Assembly (NCBI GenBank): GCA_051313645.2
Contig: JBNRSN020000029.1
Coordinates: 20,026,001-20,090,000 of the forward strand
DNA: 64,000 nt
Source: Centroscyllium fabricii
Taxonomy: Eukaryota
Direction of reading: 5' to 3'
Part shown: positions 35,986 through 49,424 of the stretch, piece after piece
Numbering within the stretch: position 1 is the stretch's first letter
How the letters are laid out: each line of letters starts with the position of its first letter
Position numbers and translations under genes: made by a program
Notes under the pieces: model-generated
The model's database searches: none
Told to the model about the DNA's origin: nothing
What the model saw: the letters and a program-made list of their open reading frames with translations, nothing else

Positions 35986-37861
35986 CATCTTGTCTTCGAG
36001 AGCAAATCAATTATTTTGACAATTTATTAATTTTTTCAAGACCAAATAAATGTGCAATTATGTATCAGAGTGATTTATCACAGTTTATGCAGTGTATCAA
36101 ATTGTGTGAGCAAGACTTTGGAAAGTATTGAGCTGGTGAAAGTCTCTCTATTAATGCAAGTACTTCAGAGTATCTAAATTTCTCCATTTCAGTCCCCAGT
36201 CCAGACTGACAAGATTGCTTCACACAATGGTGTGTGTGTGGCAGGGTGAAGGAAGAAAGAGAGAAAGTAACAAAGAAAGTTTGCTAAAATGTCACACAAC
36301 TGTTAACAAAATTAGACATACGATGATAGTTATTGGATAACCTGAGTCTGAGTAAGGTGGAACTGAAATCATTTTTTTCAATCATTTCACTAACCTAATA
36401 ATTGCATAAAACGTACACTTAATCAGATTCACCAACTGGATTCTGAATTTATGCTGTGCCGCTGCATAAATAAATGTGTTTGTACATGAACTCCAACTCT
36501 GAAGCATAAACCCAGCTTCTGCATTATGTTGAGAAGTGTGTTGAAAGCTGTGAGCATAAACTGAACGTCTAGCACTTCTTTACAGAGATGATATGTAACA
36601 TTTAGCAACTATAAGAGTTAAAACTGCCTGAGATGGCGAACAGTAAAATTATGGATATTCTCCAATACTCCATCTCTGGATTTCTTCTGAGATTCTCAGA
36701 ATTGTTATGGTCCCTGAGTCCCGTTCTGACTCTATTGGGCGACAGAATGTGTCTGATGGTTAGAGCATTGAGCAAGAAAAATCAAAACAATTGGAGCAAA
36801 TGGGATAAAAACTATGTCAAACCAGGCGACTGCTGTCCAGAACGGTGAGATATAGACGCTTAAATATATAGCACAGAAGCAAGATTCACTGTCAAGTATT
36901 GTCTGATGTTCAAATGTAAAGTATATTGGAATGGTTTCCAGAGAGATTATCCAACACACTATTGCTATACCGATGGCCACAGTTTTTAAGGTGCAATATT
37001 TGAATCTCAGCTTCTGTTAACAAATGACCGCAAATTGCTCAAAGGGGAAAGAAACTGTTAACTTGATGGAAAAATCAATGGCAACACAAGGGAGGATGAG
37101 ACTCTGACTGCAGACAGGGTTGTAGAACAAGATTGCCCTGTTTTTCCGATGACCGCTCGGGCGCAGTGTGTGAGTATGGAGTGGCTACTCACGTATGCGG
37201 CCATGGAATTGCAAGTTGACGCCATTTCCCTGGGATCCCTGTAATTCCGAAGAAGCCCAGCGGGGGGTCGGGAGCTGTATCGCGTTGCCCGGCACACCAG
37301 GAGGTGCAAAGTGCACTTACAATTTTTGTAAGAGTCTTTTATCGGGATAAGTAATGGCCCAGATATTACCCTCCCATGCCTCAGGTGGGTGCAGAGTTCC
37401 GAACTGCACTTAGCCTAGCACCTGCCTTTTGCCGTTTTCATCCACTAGATGTCGTTTTTTTTAAGAGAAATCCTGGGAAGCATCTGACATCACGCTGCCC
37501 CGGCGTGCAGCGTGTACGATCCCTCCAGGGCGGTGGAAGTGTTAGGCCCCGGCCACGAAGGTCGCCCTTCCATGAACACCCTCCCGCCCTTCATCTTGAA
37601 CAGACAACAGAAGCGTTTGAAGAAGCATTGTTCATCAGCTAGACATAAAGGTAAGTGGTTTAATTCTATTTTTAACAATGTTTAGCAACTTAAAAAAAAA
37701 CTTTTAAAGAATTTTGCAGTTATTTTCATTATTTTACATTGTTTTACATACAGAGATTTGAAGAAATTTATTTGGTTTAAAAAGCCCTGAAATTGTTTTT
37801 AGTTAATTTTGTTTAATTAGGAATGTGAAATTGCTGGAATAAGCTCTGTTCATTTAATTGA

Positions 37862-38075
37862 AAGATGTCTTAATTTCTCTGACGATGATCTAACCAATCT
37901 CGTCAATGAGGCTGAGGGAAGAGATTACGGATCATCGGTATTGGAAAGTGAAGGGCGCTGCAAAAAGGACAAATGGTCGCCTGGTCTGAGGTTGCCCAGG
38001 CTCTGAGCGCAAACTCCTGCACACCATGTACAGCGGATCAATGCCACAAGAACTTTAGTACTTTTTTGTGATCTG
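37862..38075 (+). pseudogene. Harbinger Myb/SANT-like gene remnant
   Basis: RCLNFSDDDLTNLVNEAEGR...AWSEVAQALSANSCTPCTADQCHKNF; acidic and coiled-coil-like downstream pieces at about 38670-39170. Confidence 0.65.
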
Positions 38076-39736
38076 TTAATGTTTTTGCAGCATTAGTAAA
38101 CTCAACTGTATTTTAAAAGTTAGTGGGACAACTGCTTTCCGTTGAGGCACCAGAAGATGCAATAATCGTTTATGGATTTCAGGCCAGGCAGGGTCATCTA
38201 TTGCTCTCTTATCTGGATATCACTGCTAGAGCTACGCGAGTTCCATTTGTGATTGAAGCCAATACACCAAGGATTTAAATTACACTTTGTTCCAAGAGGA
38301 AAATACTGCTTATCCTGTTTGAAATGTATTTCTTCTTGCATGCTAAGCTGAATCTTCCTGATGAACTGTTTTAAGATTGTATTTTAGAGCAAAAACAGTC
38401 ACAATGCAGGATAACGCTCAAACACCTGTTATGGTCCAGCTTTGCAAAGGGAATTATCAGAGCATGAGGAAAGGGTGCAATAGCTGTATCAATTTGCTGA
38501 AGATTTTCCCCTGGAAGTTTTAGACTAAGGCGCAGCATCCTCAGCTGAACGTGAGTGGCTGCGGCCAGCTATATCTTTAAACATGTTGTTAGTTGTCTGT
38601 GAATATCAGCGTCTGTGATGTGGCCAGATCATGCTTCAACTTTGGTAATCCTTACTGTTTCCTTTCCACAGATGGACATCATTCCTCTGACACAGGAGCT
38701 GAGTGGTGTGTTCAGTCTACTGGCGCAGAGGACATTGGGATAGGTGGAGCTGAAGCAGTGAGTTTGGAGCTGCCGGAGGAGGAGGGAATTGTGGCTTTAC
38801 AGCTAATGGAAATAGAGGAGGAGGGCATAGACAATGGGATGTTAGGCAGTAGCACATCATCTGCTGGCCCCTCTTGTCCTGTGCAAAGCACACCAACTGT
38901 CTGTTCCACACACACACACACCAGCCAGGTACTGCAGTGCAGGCGGGAGAATCGGAAGAAAATGTAACAGAGCAGGACTTGCACTCTGAGTTGGAGAACA
39001 TTGCCGGGTTAAGCGAAGCGATGTGTTTGATGGGTGAGGAACATGTAGATTGTATTGGCAGCCTTGGCCAGAAATTGGACAAAATAGGAAATTCAATTAA
39101 TAAGATGGAATTACATATGGAGCAGCAACATTTAAATGTAACAACATCCATTAATCGAATTAATGACTATGTTGGTTGACTGTTTCAATTGCTGGAATGT
39201 TTCTACTAACCTATCTCTGTCTCACTCAGCCCCACCCTAACCTACTCCCAGTGCAGAAGCAGCGCTGGCCCAGGAGCCAGCTGCTGCTTCAGTACAGATG
39301 CAGCAGGACTGCCTGGAGTCAATTGCTGAAGGGCAACAGATGGCACACTTGGGCCTTTCAAGTGGCAGAACAGGGCTCCATTTGCGGGTACAGGGAAAGC
39401 GCACCAAACATTATTAATGTGTCAGATTTGGCACAATGCACTACATTTGAAGCTCTCGCACACATTTTAGGGGGGGGGGGAAATTGTTCAAATGTTAAAT
39501 TTTTCGTCGTGTTACTGTTGGCTTTCGCTATTTGTATCTTTCAAGTAGTAGACTCTTAATTTTAAAAGAAATAAACTTTGTTTTTGAGAAAATAATTTTA
39601 TCAACTGCTTTCACTAAGAAAATTAAATTTCACTTTAAACTGTTAGCATAATTTTTCAAAAAGTAATTTTGCTATATAACATTTGAAAGTTACAATCTCA
39701 GGTGTTTGGAAATAAATATTTGTATAAGTCTTTGAA

Positions 39737-40321
39737 ACCTCCTCTCTGGTTAAGAAGGCTCAACAGCGCCTGTACTTCCTTAGGAAGCTGAAGAAAGCCA
39801 GGCTGTCATCCGGCATCCTCTCCAAATTCTACCGCTGCACAATAGAAAGCATACTGACAAGCTGCATCACTGTCTGGTATTGTAATTGCACTATCTCGGA
39901 CCGGATAACCCTGCAGCAGGTACTCAAAACTGCCCAATGAATTACCGGTACACAGCTACCGTCAATGGAAAGCATCTACCTCAAACGCTGCTTACGGAGG
40001 TCTATGAACATTATTAAAGACCCCAAACACCCCATCCATAGTCTGTTCGCCCCTCTGCCCTCCGGGAGACGCTACAGAGCAATTTGCACCCGCACGACTA
40101 GATTTCAGAACAGCTTCTTCCCCAGGGCTGTCAGCCTCCTGAACTCTAAAAAGAAACTCCGGTACCTGCACGACTGATAATGAACATTACTGTATGCAAT
40201 ATTCATGTAATTTATTTATTTTGTTTGCACTACTCTCGGGAGAGTCGAGTCTTCGTCTCGTTGTATTGTACTAGTACTCTGCAATGACAATAAAACTTGA
40301 ATTGAATTGAATTGAATTGAA
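39737..40321 (+). mobile_element. Rex1/Babar-like 3' fragment (second copy)
   Basis: Highly similar to the reverse complement of 27156-27745, ending in aataaaacttga(attga)n. Confidence 0.9.
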
Positions 40322-40643
40322 AATATATGTTACCATTTGAAACTTTCAAACTATGTTCATCTCAAGTTTTTGTTAAGAGATATTTTGTAAATCTTTGCAT
40401 TGTATAAAATAGATGGTTTCCATCTACTCCTATGGCACTAAGAAAAATGAAAAATCAGTTTAAACTGTTTACACATTTTTTTAATAAACTAGTTAACATT
40501 TAAAAGTAACAAACTACATTCATTAATAAAGAAATTCAAAACTGCTTGATGATCCAATAAATGTTCAATGTTTCACTTTAAATTTAGTATGTTACTTTCT
40601 TTGCCTTGCTGGGTGACGGGGAGCTATAAGGCGACACAAGTAA

Positions 40644-42430
40644 TCATCTGGTCAAGCTGCTGGCTACAAGCACTTCCCGAGCAGCCTTGTTTTCGGCAGT
40701 AGTTGCCTCCGCCCTGTCACGCCTTGAACAAGGCACATTCTCATCGTCCAGGGTGATGTCCATGTTATCTATTTCAGCGGGTAGCTCTTCTTCACGCCTT
40801 AGGGTCAGTCCCTTTCGCAGGGAAAAGTTATGCAAAACACAACAGGCTATCACAATATTTCCCAATTTCTTTAGAATACTTCAAGGTCCCTGCTGACCCG
40901 TCCAAGCACCGGAAGCGTGACTTAAGAACGTATTTGTCCTCTCCACCACTTGCCACGCGGACAAATGTGCCTGCTTGTATCTCTCTGAGCCTCATTAATG
41001 CTGTTGCGGTAGTGAGTCATTAGGCAAGGTTTAGCGGGAAGCCTTTATCATCCAATAACCATCTGGATCCTGGAGGCAGTGTGTTGAGGTCAGCTTATGC
41101 GTTCGAGTGACGGTTGATGGATGAGCCATGATTATGAGGTGAGCATTACAGATTGTCATTACATTGAATGAATGATAATCCTTCCTGTTAATCTATGACA
41201 CTGTTGCATTGCCTGGTGTCTTCAATGCATTATGGGTTCCATCGACGGCCCCAATCACTTTGGGGAATCGAGCAATGTGACAAAATTCAAGGGCACTCTC
41301 CTTCCAATGGCGACTTGACAAGTAAAAGTTTATGGCCCAGAAATTGCAGTGGAGCCTTCGTGCGGCTGCAGAACCTGTGTAACGCACTTTAATTGCCCAT
41401 ATTCAGTTTTTCTTTTTTGCACTGTGAAATTTCCGTTAGCCCAGCCTGTCAGAGCTCCATGGGAGTTTCATAGGGCATAATTAGTGCGAAGTGGCTTTTG
41501 AGACCACGTGATTGGCAGGGAGCCAATCAGTGGAAGCAATTCTCTGTTCAAAACTTCCACAGAGAAATCTGTACGAGTTTTGAATGGAGAGATTCTCAAA
41601 AGACATCTAAACACAAAAATAAAATTTTACAAACACCAATTTTTTTTAACATTACCCCAACTAACACAAATAACCTATTTTAAATAAAACATAAAATTGC
41701 CGGATTTTTTTTTTATTTCCAACACGTGTAAAAAAATACGTACATGTCTTTAAAGTTATCAACAACTAAAAACCTGGAAAAACAAAAATTAAAATCAATA
41801 AAATACACATTTGCCAGATGAAAACGGGTGTTAACGACTGCATTTTTCCAGCGTTGAATTCTCTTCTCTTGGTCCGCAGAAAAAGTTTTTTAAAAATCGG
41901 GAAGTCTGGGCGCTCCCGTAGTTTGCTGCTTCCTGTGCTGGACCTCCCAGGAAGCAGCGACCCCCCCATCCGCCGCTGGGCGGCACAGGAAGTTCCGAAA
42001 CGTGCTCTCTGGGTTCTTCCTGCGGGTTTAAGCTCTGGTGCGCTCGCACTAGCGCTTAAACCCAATATGCGCTAACGGGAATTTTTGGGCCAATAAATTC
42101 TGAAGCCTATGGCAAATGGCATATGTCACCTGGTGAATGCAGGCCCTCGCAATATTCTTGGAGATGCTGCTTATGTCACCAGTGATTGCCTGAAACGACC
42201 CATTTGCAAATAAGTTCATTGCTGTGGTCACCTTCATGTTCACTGTTAAGGCAGTGTGGGTCTTTGAGCGTGTTTGATGGTCCTCTTTTAGCATCTCACA
42301 CCGTCAACCAATTGCCTCTTTAGTGAAACACAGCCTCATGATACACAATTCCTGCGACAGCATCTCAAACGACCTTCTCTGCCTGTACACTCTGTGGGGT
42401 GGGTAGATTTTCCTCCCCACCGGTGGACAT
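40644..42430 (-). pseudogene. Harbinger transposase (HARBI1-like DDE nuclease) remnant
   Basis: KVTTAMNLFANGSFQ...CIHQVT, FPKVIGAVDGTH, WLLDDKG, LKSRFRCLD, IVIACCVLHNF. Contains frameshifts and is interrupted by the MITE at 41334-42091. Confidence 0.85.
41334..42091. mobile_element. Harbinger-type MITE inserted in the transposase gene
   Basis: TIRs ggcccagaaatt / aatttttgggcc with flanks tat / aat; the transposase reading frame continues on both sides. Confidence 0.8.
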
Positions 42431-43837
42431 TGATGGTACCTCATTTTTCTTTCCTATTCCCTTCGTCTTCTACTTTTCATTAATAACCTCATAATTAGAG
42501 CTCTCCGCAGCCGCAACGCCCAGAACATCAGCACAGGAATCATTTCTCCCTCACAGGATTTCTCTTTAAAATGAATTACCTGGAAGTAAAAAGTGGAAAT
42601 ATTTGTTGAAGTAATATAGTTGGTGGATAAAAAATCACCTCATGGTATGGCGGGCAACATGTGGTTGGTTATATGCCTGTCCATAACATAGCATAAAATG
42701 ACTTTCTAAATCATTTTCTGAAATTCAGACATACATACATACGTTACAGAAAGGAATGTCATCTGCCTGTATGGAACAGTGATATGCACATTTCAGACCA
42801 CTGAAAACACGATTAATAACTTTTGTAAATTAACTTTTCTGGCAAAATAATCGCGTCCCTACTGGCCAAACAACACTGAAAACCCGATTTATAATTTTTG
42901 TAAATTAACTTTTCAGACAAAACAATCCCTTACCCTCTGCTGTAAAATTTCATGCTGCTCAGAATCCTGTTACGGAGGATTCACTCCTCTATTTTAGGAG
43001 TGCAAATACAAAAGCACTTAGCCAAACTTACATGCACTGCAGCAATCAGCAGGTCGTCGGAAGTGCATTGCTCCCGCACTTAATTTCCCCTCCAAGAGAT
43101 CTGGACTCTGACCTCTTGTGGCAGAGTCTGGGAATTGCCCGTTTCCCATGCATGCACAGTGCATGCCAGAAACCGGTAATTCCGATGGCCGAACACGTGA
43201 GTACCCAGCGCGTTGCAACCCTAATTTCTGCGCGATCGAAGTTTTGCGCCTGAAAATATCAGCTATAACGATCCTTTTTATAAGGTATATCTTTATTTCA
43301 TAGAATTTAAGTATTATTTTAACAGATTGTTTTTTTTTAAAACTTTAAAGAAAGTTAAGTATTTTTTAGGGCAGTTAAATATTAGAAAATATTTTTCAAA
43401 CTTTTTATTTTTTGTTTAAAACATCTAATTTATGTTCGTTATAGTAATGTTAAAAATGTGGTGTTTTAAAAAATAATTTTACTGTTAAGTGTGTTACTGA
43501 GGCTCTTTATTTTCATAACTTTGACAGAAAGCTCTGTCAAAGTTATGAATGGTGGATTCCATCCAATGATTGGCGCCCCGCGGACCATGTGGACCAGTGC
43601 GGGCTCTCGCACTAACTCCGTCGCTGAATTGCCTCAGCGCAGCAATTGGGGCCTGGAGCAGCAATGCACATCGGGATTTCAAATCACAAACCTGTAGAAC
43701 GGCAGGTGCGCAGTGTAAATGGACCTCGGAGGATTGCAGTGACAGGAAGCCTCAGAGGCTTATTTTTGGGCCAATGAGTTTGTGAAATAAATATAATTAA
43801 TATCACAGGGTATCACATTAACAATAATGAAGAAAGG

Positions 43838-44835
43838 GGTTGGAGGATGAAAGCAGAGAATACCTGCTACAATTGTACAAATTATTGGTGAGACCAAACC
43901 TGGAGTTTTGCGGACAATTTTGGTCTCCTTCTTTAAGCAAGGATATACTTTCATTGGAGGCAGTTCAGAGACGATTTATTAGTTTAATTCCAGAGATGAG
44001 GGATTTGACATATGAGGAAAGCTTGAGCAGGTTGGGCCTTTACTCAGTCAAATTTAGAAGTACGAGAGGGCGACACGGTGGCATAGTGGTTAGCACTGTT
44101 GCCTTACAGCACTAGAGACCCGGGTTCAAATCCAGCCTCGGGAACTATCTGTGTGGATTTTGCATATTCTCCCCGTGTACGCGTGGGTTTCCTCCGGGTG
44201 CTGTGGTTTCCTCCAACAGTCCAAATATGTGCGGGTTAGGTTGATTGGCCATGATAAATTGACCCTTAGTGTTAGGGGGATTGAATGTGTGGGGTTACGA
44301 GGTTAGGGTGTGATATGTGTCGGTGCAGGCTCGAAAGGGATCGAGGGATATGGGGGGAAGGCAGTGACAAGGTGTTGTGTTTGGATGATCAGCCATGGTC
44401 TCATTGAATGGCGGAGCAGGGCCGTATGGCCTACTCCTGCTCCTATCTTCTATGTTTCTATGATCTTATCGAAACATATAATTAACTGATCGTGCTCGAC
44501 AGGGTCGGTGAAGTGAATATGTTTCCCGTTATGAGGAAATATAGAACTGTGGGGCACTGTCAAAGAAAAAATGGCCGCCCTTTTAGAGCTGAGATGAAGA
44601 GGATCCTCTTCTCTCAGAGGGTCGGAAATTTGTGGAATCTCTGCCCCAGAGAGCTGTGAAGTATTTCATTAATATATTTAAGGTGGAGATAGACAAATGT
44701 TTGAATGATAAGGGATGAACGGCTCTGGGGAAGGGCGAGGAAGTGGCTTTGAGCCCAAGATCAGCCATGATCATTTGAATGGTGGAGAAGGCAGTAGGGG
44801 CCAAGTGGACTATTCCTGCCCCTATTTCCTCTGTT
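43838..44835 (+). mobile_element. CR1 3' fragment inserted in GPCR pseudogene, itself interrupted by a SINE
   Basis: LLQLYKLLVRPNLEFCGQFWSP...LGLYS, resuming at 44463 with DLIETY and a CR1 3' UTR. Confidence 0.85.
44069..44462 (+). mobile_element. HE1-like V-SINE
   Basis: tRNA-like head, V-domain core and (tttctatg) tail, as at 173-570. Confidence 0.9.
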
Positions 44836-46331
44836 AAAATTATATCAGCCTCTGTCATGGCAACCAGCTAACGAGGTATGCATCTTGAGAGGCCAAACTT
44901 TCCTCGCAAGTGAATCACAATGATCCTAAATTAGCTGCAAGAAACAGGAAAACATGAAAATGAGCGATTCTCACGATATAAGTTTTATCATTGTTTGAAA
45001 ATGAATTAAAATATTGCTGTTTTTTCCTGTATAATTCCAGAACAAAATAATTATTTATCCCGACTCGTTAATATATTCCATGCAAGTCACAAAACGTGCT
45101 GTTCTCTGATAATATGACTCACAATGTGACACTTCACACAGTGGGCGAGGAAACTGAGGGAATTAATTGGAAAGGTTTTGTCTTAGTACATGCCCTGTGA
45201 GTATAGATGTTGGTTAGGTGGTTCTGTGCAACGTTGTGTTAAGGCAGAATATAAAAGGAAATCGTTTCACAGCGGAACGGCAACTAGTTACAAACATCTG
45301 AAATTACACGCATAAAGCAGTTTGGCATCTGTGTGAATGGACATAATGGATGCTTGGCCGTAAAATACCAATTCAAAGTAATTATTGGAAACACGCATAT
45401 TATAATAGAACATAAATTATTTTAATCACCCGATTGACATGCAGATTACTGGTAATGGCCGATATCTATTTCATCAGCCCCTGGAAGGTTGAAAGGCTGC
45501 ATGTAACGTGGAGACAGGTATTTGTAATAGGTCAGTAGTGCCCAGTAACAGGTGTTTAATGGTTTACAAACGGACCCAGAGACAGGAGCAATCCAGGCCA
45601 AGAGTGACATTACCCATACATACTAGGACCAGTTAAATAGTTTGTTTCTTATCTACCCTGGTGTGTGCAACTAAGCAATTTCGGGCTGATTATCCAAATT
45701 AGCACCACACCACCCACCCCCGGATGATATTTCGACTCAGGGACATGGCCCGCCAAATCCCCACCGCTTTGCTGCCGTCCAGGGATATGCCAGGGAACCT
45801 GAGCTCAGCGCACAATCAGCACATTATGAAGACTCTGATGGTAAAGAGGCGGAGGTGGATTTCCAAACCTCTGTCTCATTGCCCTCATCTACCTCAATCT
45901 CTGTGCCACTAAGTAAGGTAGGCAAACGAGAGAGCGATCTCGAGCTGTCCCGGATGTTGCTGAACCAAGTCTTAGAGACAGGGTGCACAGACTGTAGATT
46001 GGAAGCGCGGCTTCCAGTGTCAATCTACGCTCTCGCCAGCTTCCTGAAGTCTAAGGGGCAGGAGTTGGTTGCCGGTCGAGATCGGTAGCACGAATATCCT
46101 GATCCACCAATCCAGAAAACTGTAGGGCCGACAAGACTCTGCGTGTCTTCTCTTGACTGTCCGAACCACGATCGACTAGGCCTTGGGTTTGCTCTTGGCT
46201 GCCCGCTCATCATTCAAATCGCTCTGAGATAAAATCATGCCGATCCAATTGCTGGATATCAACGGTGCAATTTAGATGGGATGCCCCTGCGTAATGCTGC
46301 GACACCGGAGGCAATAATGTGCCTTAATATT

Positions 46332-46530
46332 ATGCAAGAAGTCACACAAAACCAGGTTATAGTCCAACTGTTTTATTTTACATCACAAGCTTTCGGAGCG
46401 TCTGCTCCTTCCTCAGGAGCAGACGCTCCAAAAGCTTCTGATTTAAAATAAAACTGTTGGACTATAACCTGTTGTTGTGTGACTTCTTGCATTTGTCCAC
46501 CCCATCCAACACCGGCACCTGTACATTATG
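46332..46530. mobile_element. Penelope-like terminal-repeat remnant forming a ~160-bp palindrome with hammerhead core
   Basis: Arms 46332-46409 and 46415-46492 are near-perfect inverted repeats. The minus strand reads CTGAGGA-AGGAGC agac GCTCC-GAAAGCTT. Flanked by the direct repeat gccttaat (46321-46328 / 46531-46538). Confidence 0.7.
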
Positions 46531-47959
46531 GCCTTAATCGCCGAGAATGAAAATAGTACAATTGTAGATTCTGGAACCTCAGGAAAATGCTTGTTGTCGG
46601 TCTGGTGATTATATTAAACACATGCTGGAATAATGGTTCACTTGGCTTTTTTAACTGATATCAGAAACAAATGACTGTAAATCAAACACATCAAAACAAA
46701 AACATTACCTATTTAGACAGCAGCATGAACAGTAAAACAGTTAACACTGATGACGTTTAATATTAACTGTTCGTAGTGACCTATCAGGGACACCAACCAC
46801 TGCCAGATACGGAGAGAATATTGCTGATATCCGATTAATTATTGGCCGCTGCAGTTTTGCTCAGAGTTATCTTTGCCCGTCAGCATGATTGATGGACAGA
46901 ACAAATAGCCTCTGATCAATACTTCCATGATACCAGAGAGGCATTATTTACAGTCATTGAACAAACGGATTAGGTAACTGCTACACTGCAATACTGATCA
47001 GGGAATATATTATTTTATAAACATTCCCTAGTGGAAATCAGGAAAAAATAATAGTGGCGAATATTACTGTTTTTTACATTAAAGATATTTCTAAAACTCC
47101 ACTTCTAAGACACTGTCGTATTGTATTCCAATAAAAGAACATGAATTTAAATCATTGACATTGGCATAGACTCTTAGTATGTATTTAATTAAATAAGTGT
47201 TTCCTTTTATATCTCTATATAGTCCAGTCTTCGTTTTAGAATAATAGGTAAACTATATTCCATATTTATTGTTCACCACCACAGAGGTAGCATCTCCCTA
47301 TACAGAAGGAACACATTGCATCAACGAGCATTCACAGAATCTTACAAAGTGCACACATTTCGTTGTGTACAGCAGTTAGTGTATAATATATATGGGCAGG
47401 AATATTACTCTCCCCTTCTCCAAGGTGCTGGTCCAGTGCAATGCAGCTGAAATGTGTTGTAACTGGCCTGATCTGAACTTGTGGCGTTGGGTGTTTAGAA
47501 TGGCCATGGCATCTCCCCACCACTACTATCTGGTGCAGAAATCCAGCGACTGCTGAAGATATTAGAAACCTGCCGACGTCTGAGGGATTCCATCACCGAT
47601 CATCCAATGGGTTGTTGTCTTAATGCTGTGCTTCCTTTGAAGGTGAGTTCGATGCTGCAAGGCCGAGTCCTTTAGGGAAACAAACCTATGGGCCGTACAC
47701 GGTCTGGCCTAAATGTGACTCCTGATCCACAGCAATGTGGTTGACTAGGGGGAAAAGGCCCTTAAATATCTGATAGCAAGCTTATCATTATTTCAATTAG
47801 GTCACCCACCTCTCTCAGTCGGTTCGCGTCCGCAGCAGCAAACACGGGCAAAGGAAATGCGTTTGGGGTTCCGATCACGTTGGTTCCCCATCGGGTCTGA
47901 CGTTTTTCAAATTTCCCACCCGAACTACCTCCGAACACAATCCGGCCGAATGTTTCTGC

Positions 47960-48300
47960 AGTGTGCACCATCAAGAAGATGAATTGTAGCAACTCGTCAA
48001 GGCTTGTTCGACAGCATCACCCAAGCTCGCAACCCTACCAGCCCGAAGGACCAGTGCAGCAGGCACATGGGATCAGCACCATCTGCAAGTCACACACAAT
48101 CCGGACTTGGTATTGTATCACCGCTCCTTCATTGTCACTGGGTCAAGAAACAAGAAATCCCTCCAAAACAGCACTGTGGGAGTACTTTCAGCTCAAAGAT
48201 TGGAGTTGTTCAAGGAAGTGGCTCACCACCATCAACTAAAGGGAAATTAGATATTGACCATAAATGCCTTCTCAGCGACTTTCACAATTGTAATAAAACA
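47960..48300 (+). mobile_element. Probable LINE 3' end fragment (CR1/L2 group)
   Basis: Resembles common elasmobranch LINE C-terminal/3' UTR sequence, ending in aataaaa; recognised from memory only. Confidence 0.4.
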
Positions 48301-48547
48301 AAAGGAATTTAGTTGAAACCCTGGAACCTGCTACGCATATTGAAGGGACCTCCGGATTTAGAACTGGGCATTTAATTAATGCCCGAGACATCAATCTATT
48401 TATTTACGATCCCCAGAATCAGATTTTTGTAATTCACTGACCCATGTAACACTATCGTTGTGTCCCCACCGCCACCCATTATGTGTAATTATAGGACCCC
48501 CACCTGCGGAATCTAATATGCATATTTGAAGCACTCCAGAATACAAT

Positions 48548-49424
48548 GGGCCCTGTTATCTTGTGCTCCAGAAGAGCTGCACCCCCACGAAGGGGGGTCA
48601 GAAATGGCCCTTGGGTTGCAGCTCGGTTCATTACCAGAAACGTGAATTTCCTGTGCTGATGGGCAAGGGGTTTCAGCTTCCTACCCAGGAAGACTTTGAG
48701 CTGCAGATTTCCTGTGGCAGCTGCTCAAAATGCGGGTGTATAACGTGGGCAAGTCTCTCTTTTGCTGCACATTTAAAAATAAGTCTTAGAGGGCTGCAGG
48801 GAGCTTTGAGAAGTGAAAAAACACGTTTAAAGTTAATTTTTTTAAATTCCATTGGCGATATTTGTCTGTTGTCTTTCAGCTTGTAAATGGGTAGGGTTTT
48901 TTATTTTTTGGTGAAAGTGAAAAAAAAACGGGATTTGAACGCGATGTCAGCAGCTCTGATGGCCATCACAGCTGCTGATATCGCGTTCGAAACCCGTTTT
49001 TTTTTCACTTTCACAACAAAAAACCATTTACAAGCTGAAAGACCACAGACAAATATCTCCAAAGGAATAAAAAAAAACTTAACTTTAAACGTGTTTTTTT
49101 CACTGGAGAATAAAAAAACCCTAACAGCAGAAAAGGCAGAAACTTAAAAAAAACAGCTTCCTAGAAATTTAAAAAAAAACAAAAAAAAGGTGCTTCCCTA
49201 CCCGATCTTCTTCATCCTCAGGCCGATTCTGTGCTTTGTGCGGGGGAAAGCCGACCTCAGTGGGCGTGGCTTGCACCACGCACCAAAAAAACACGACCCT
49301 CCGCTGGAAAAAAAAACGGCATTTCCGATAGGAAATTACCGTCAGAATTTTTTTTTTTAAATTACGTCCGCGGGTGCTCGGGAGCACGCACCAGCGGCAA
49401 ACGGGCCACAGGAAAACATGGCCC
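48548..49424. mobile_element. Harbinger-type MITE, second copy (inverted relative to 11376-12290)
   Basis: Ends gggccctgttatcttgtg / cacaggaaaacatggccc; same internal palindrome centred on gatggccatc. Confidence 0.88.

Larger units (their letters stand above)
37135..43772. mobile_element. Nested PIF/Harbinger complex (fossil autonomous element plus MITEs)
   Basis: Interrupts GPCR pseudogene exon 2. TIR-like ends ggcccagatattaccctc (37356) and gaggcttatttttgggcc (43772) are each flanked by aat. Contains Myb/SANT and transposase remnants; the internal nesting order is not fully resolved. Confidence 0.7.
36400..46854 (-). pseudogene. Second GPR139-like GPCR, pseudogene split into four pieces
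   Basis: Exon 1 at 46785-46854 is 70 nt (QRPIINRISAIFSPYLAVVGVP, start CTG, donor AT). Exon 2 pieces are 44838-44934 (RGKFGLSRCIPR*LVAMTEAD), 43773-43835 (IIVNVI..INYIYFTNS) and 36400-37133 (FYNPVCS, KYCTLKT, PFAPIVLI, SSCTNTFIY), with stops and frameshifts. Confidence 0.85.
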
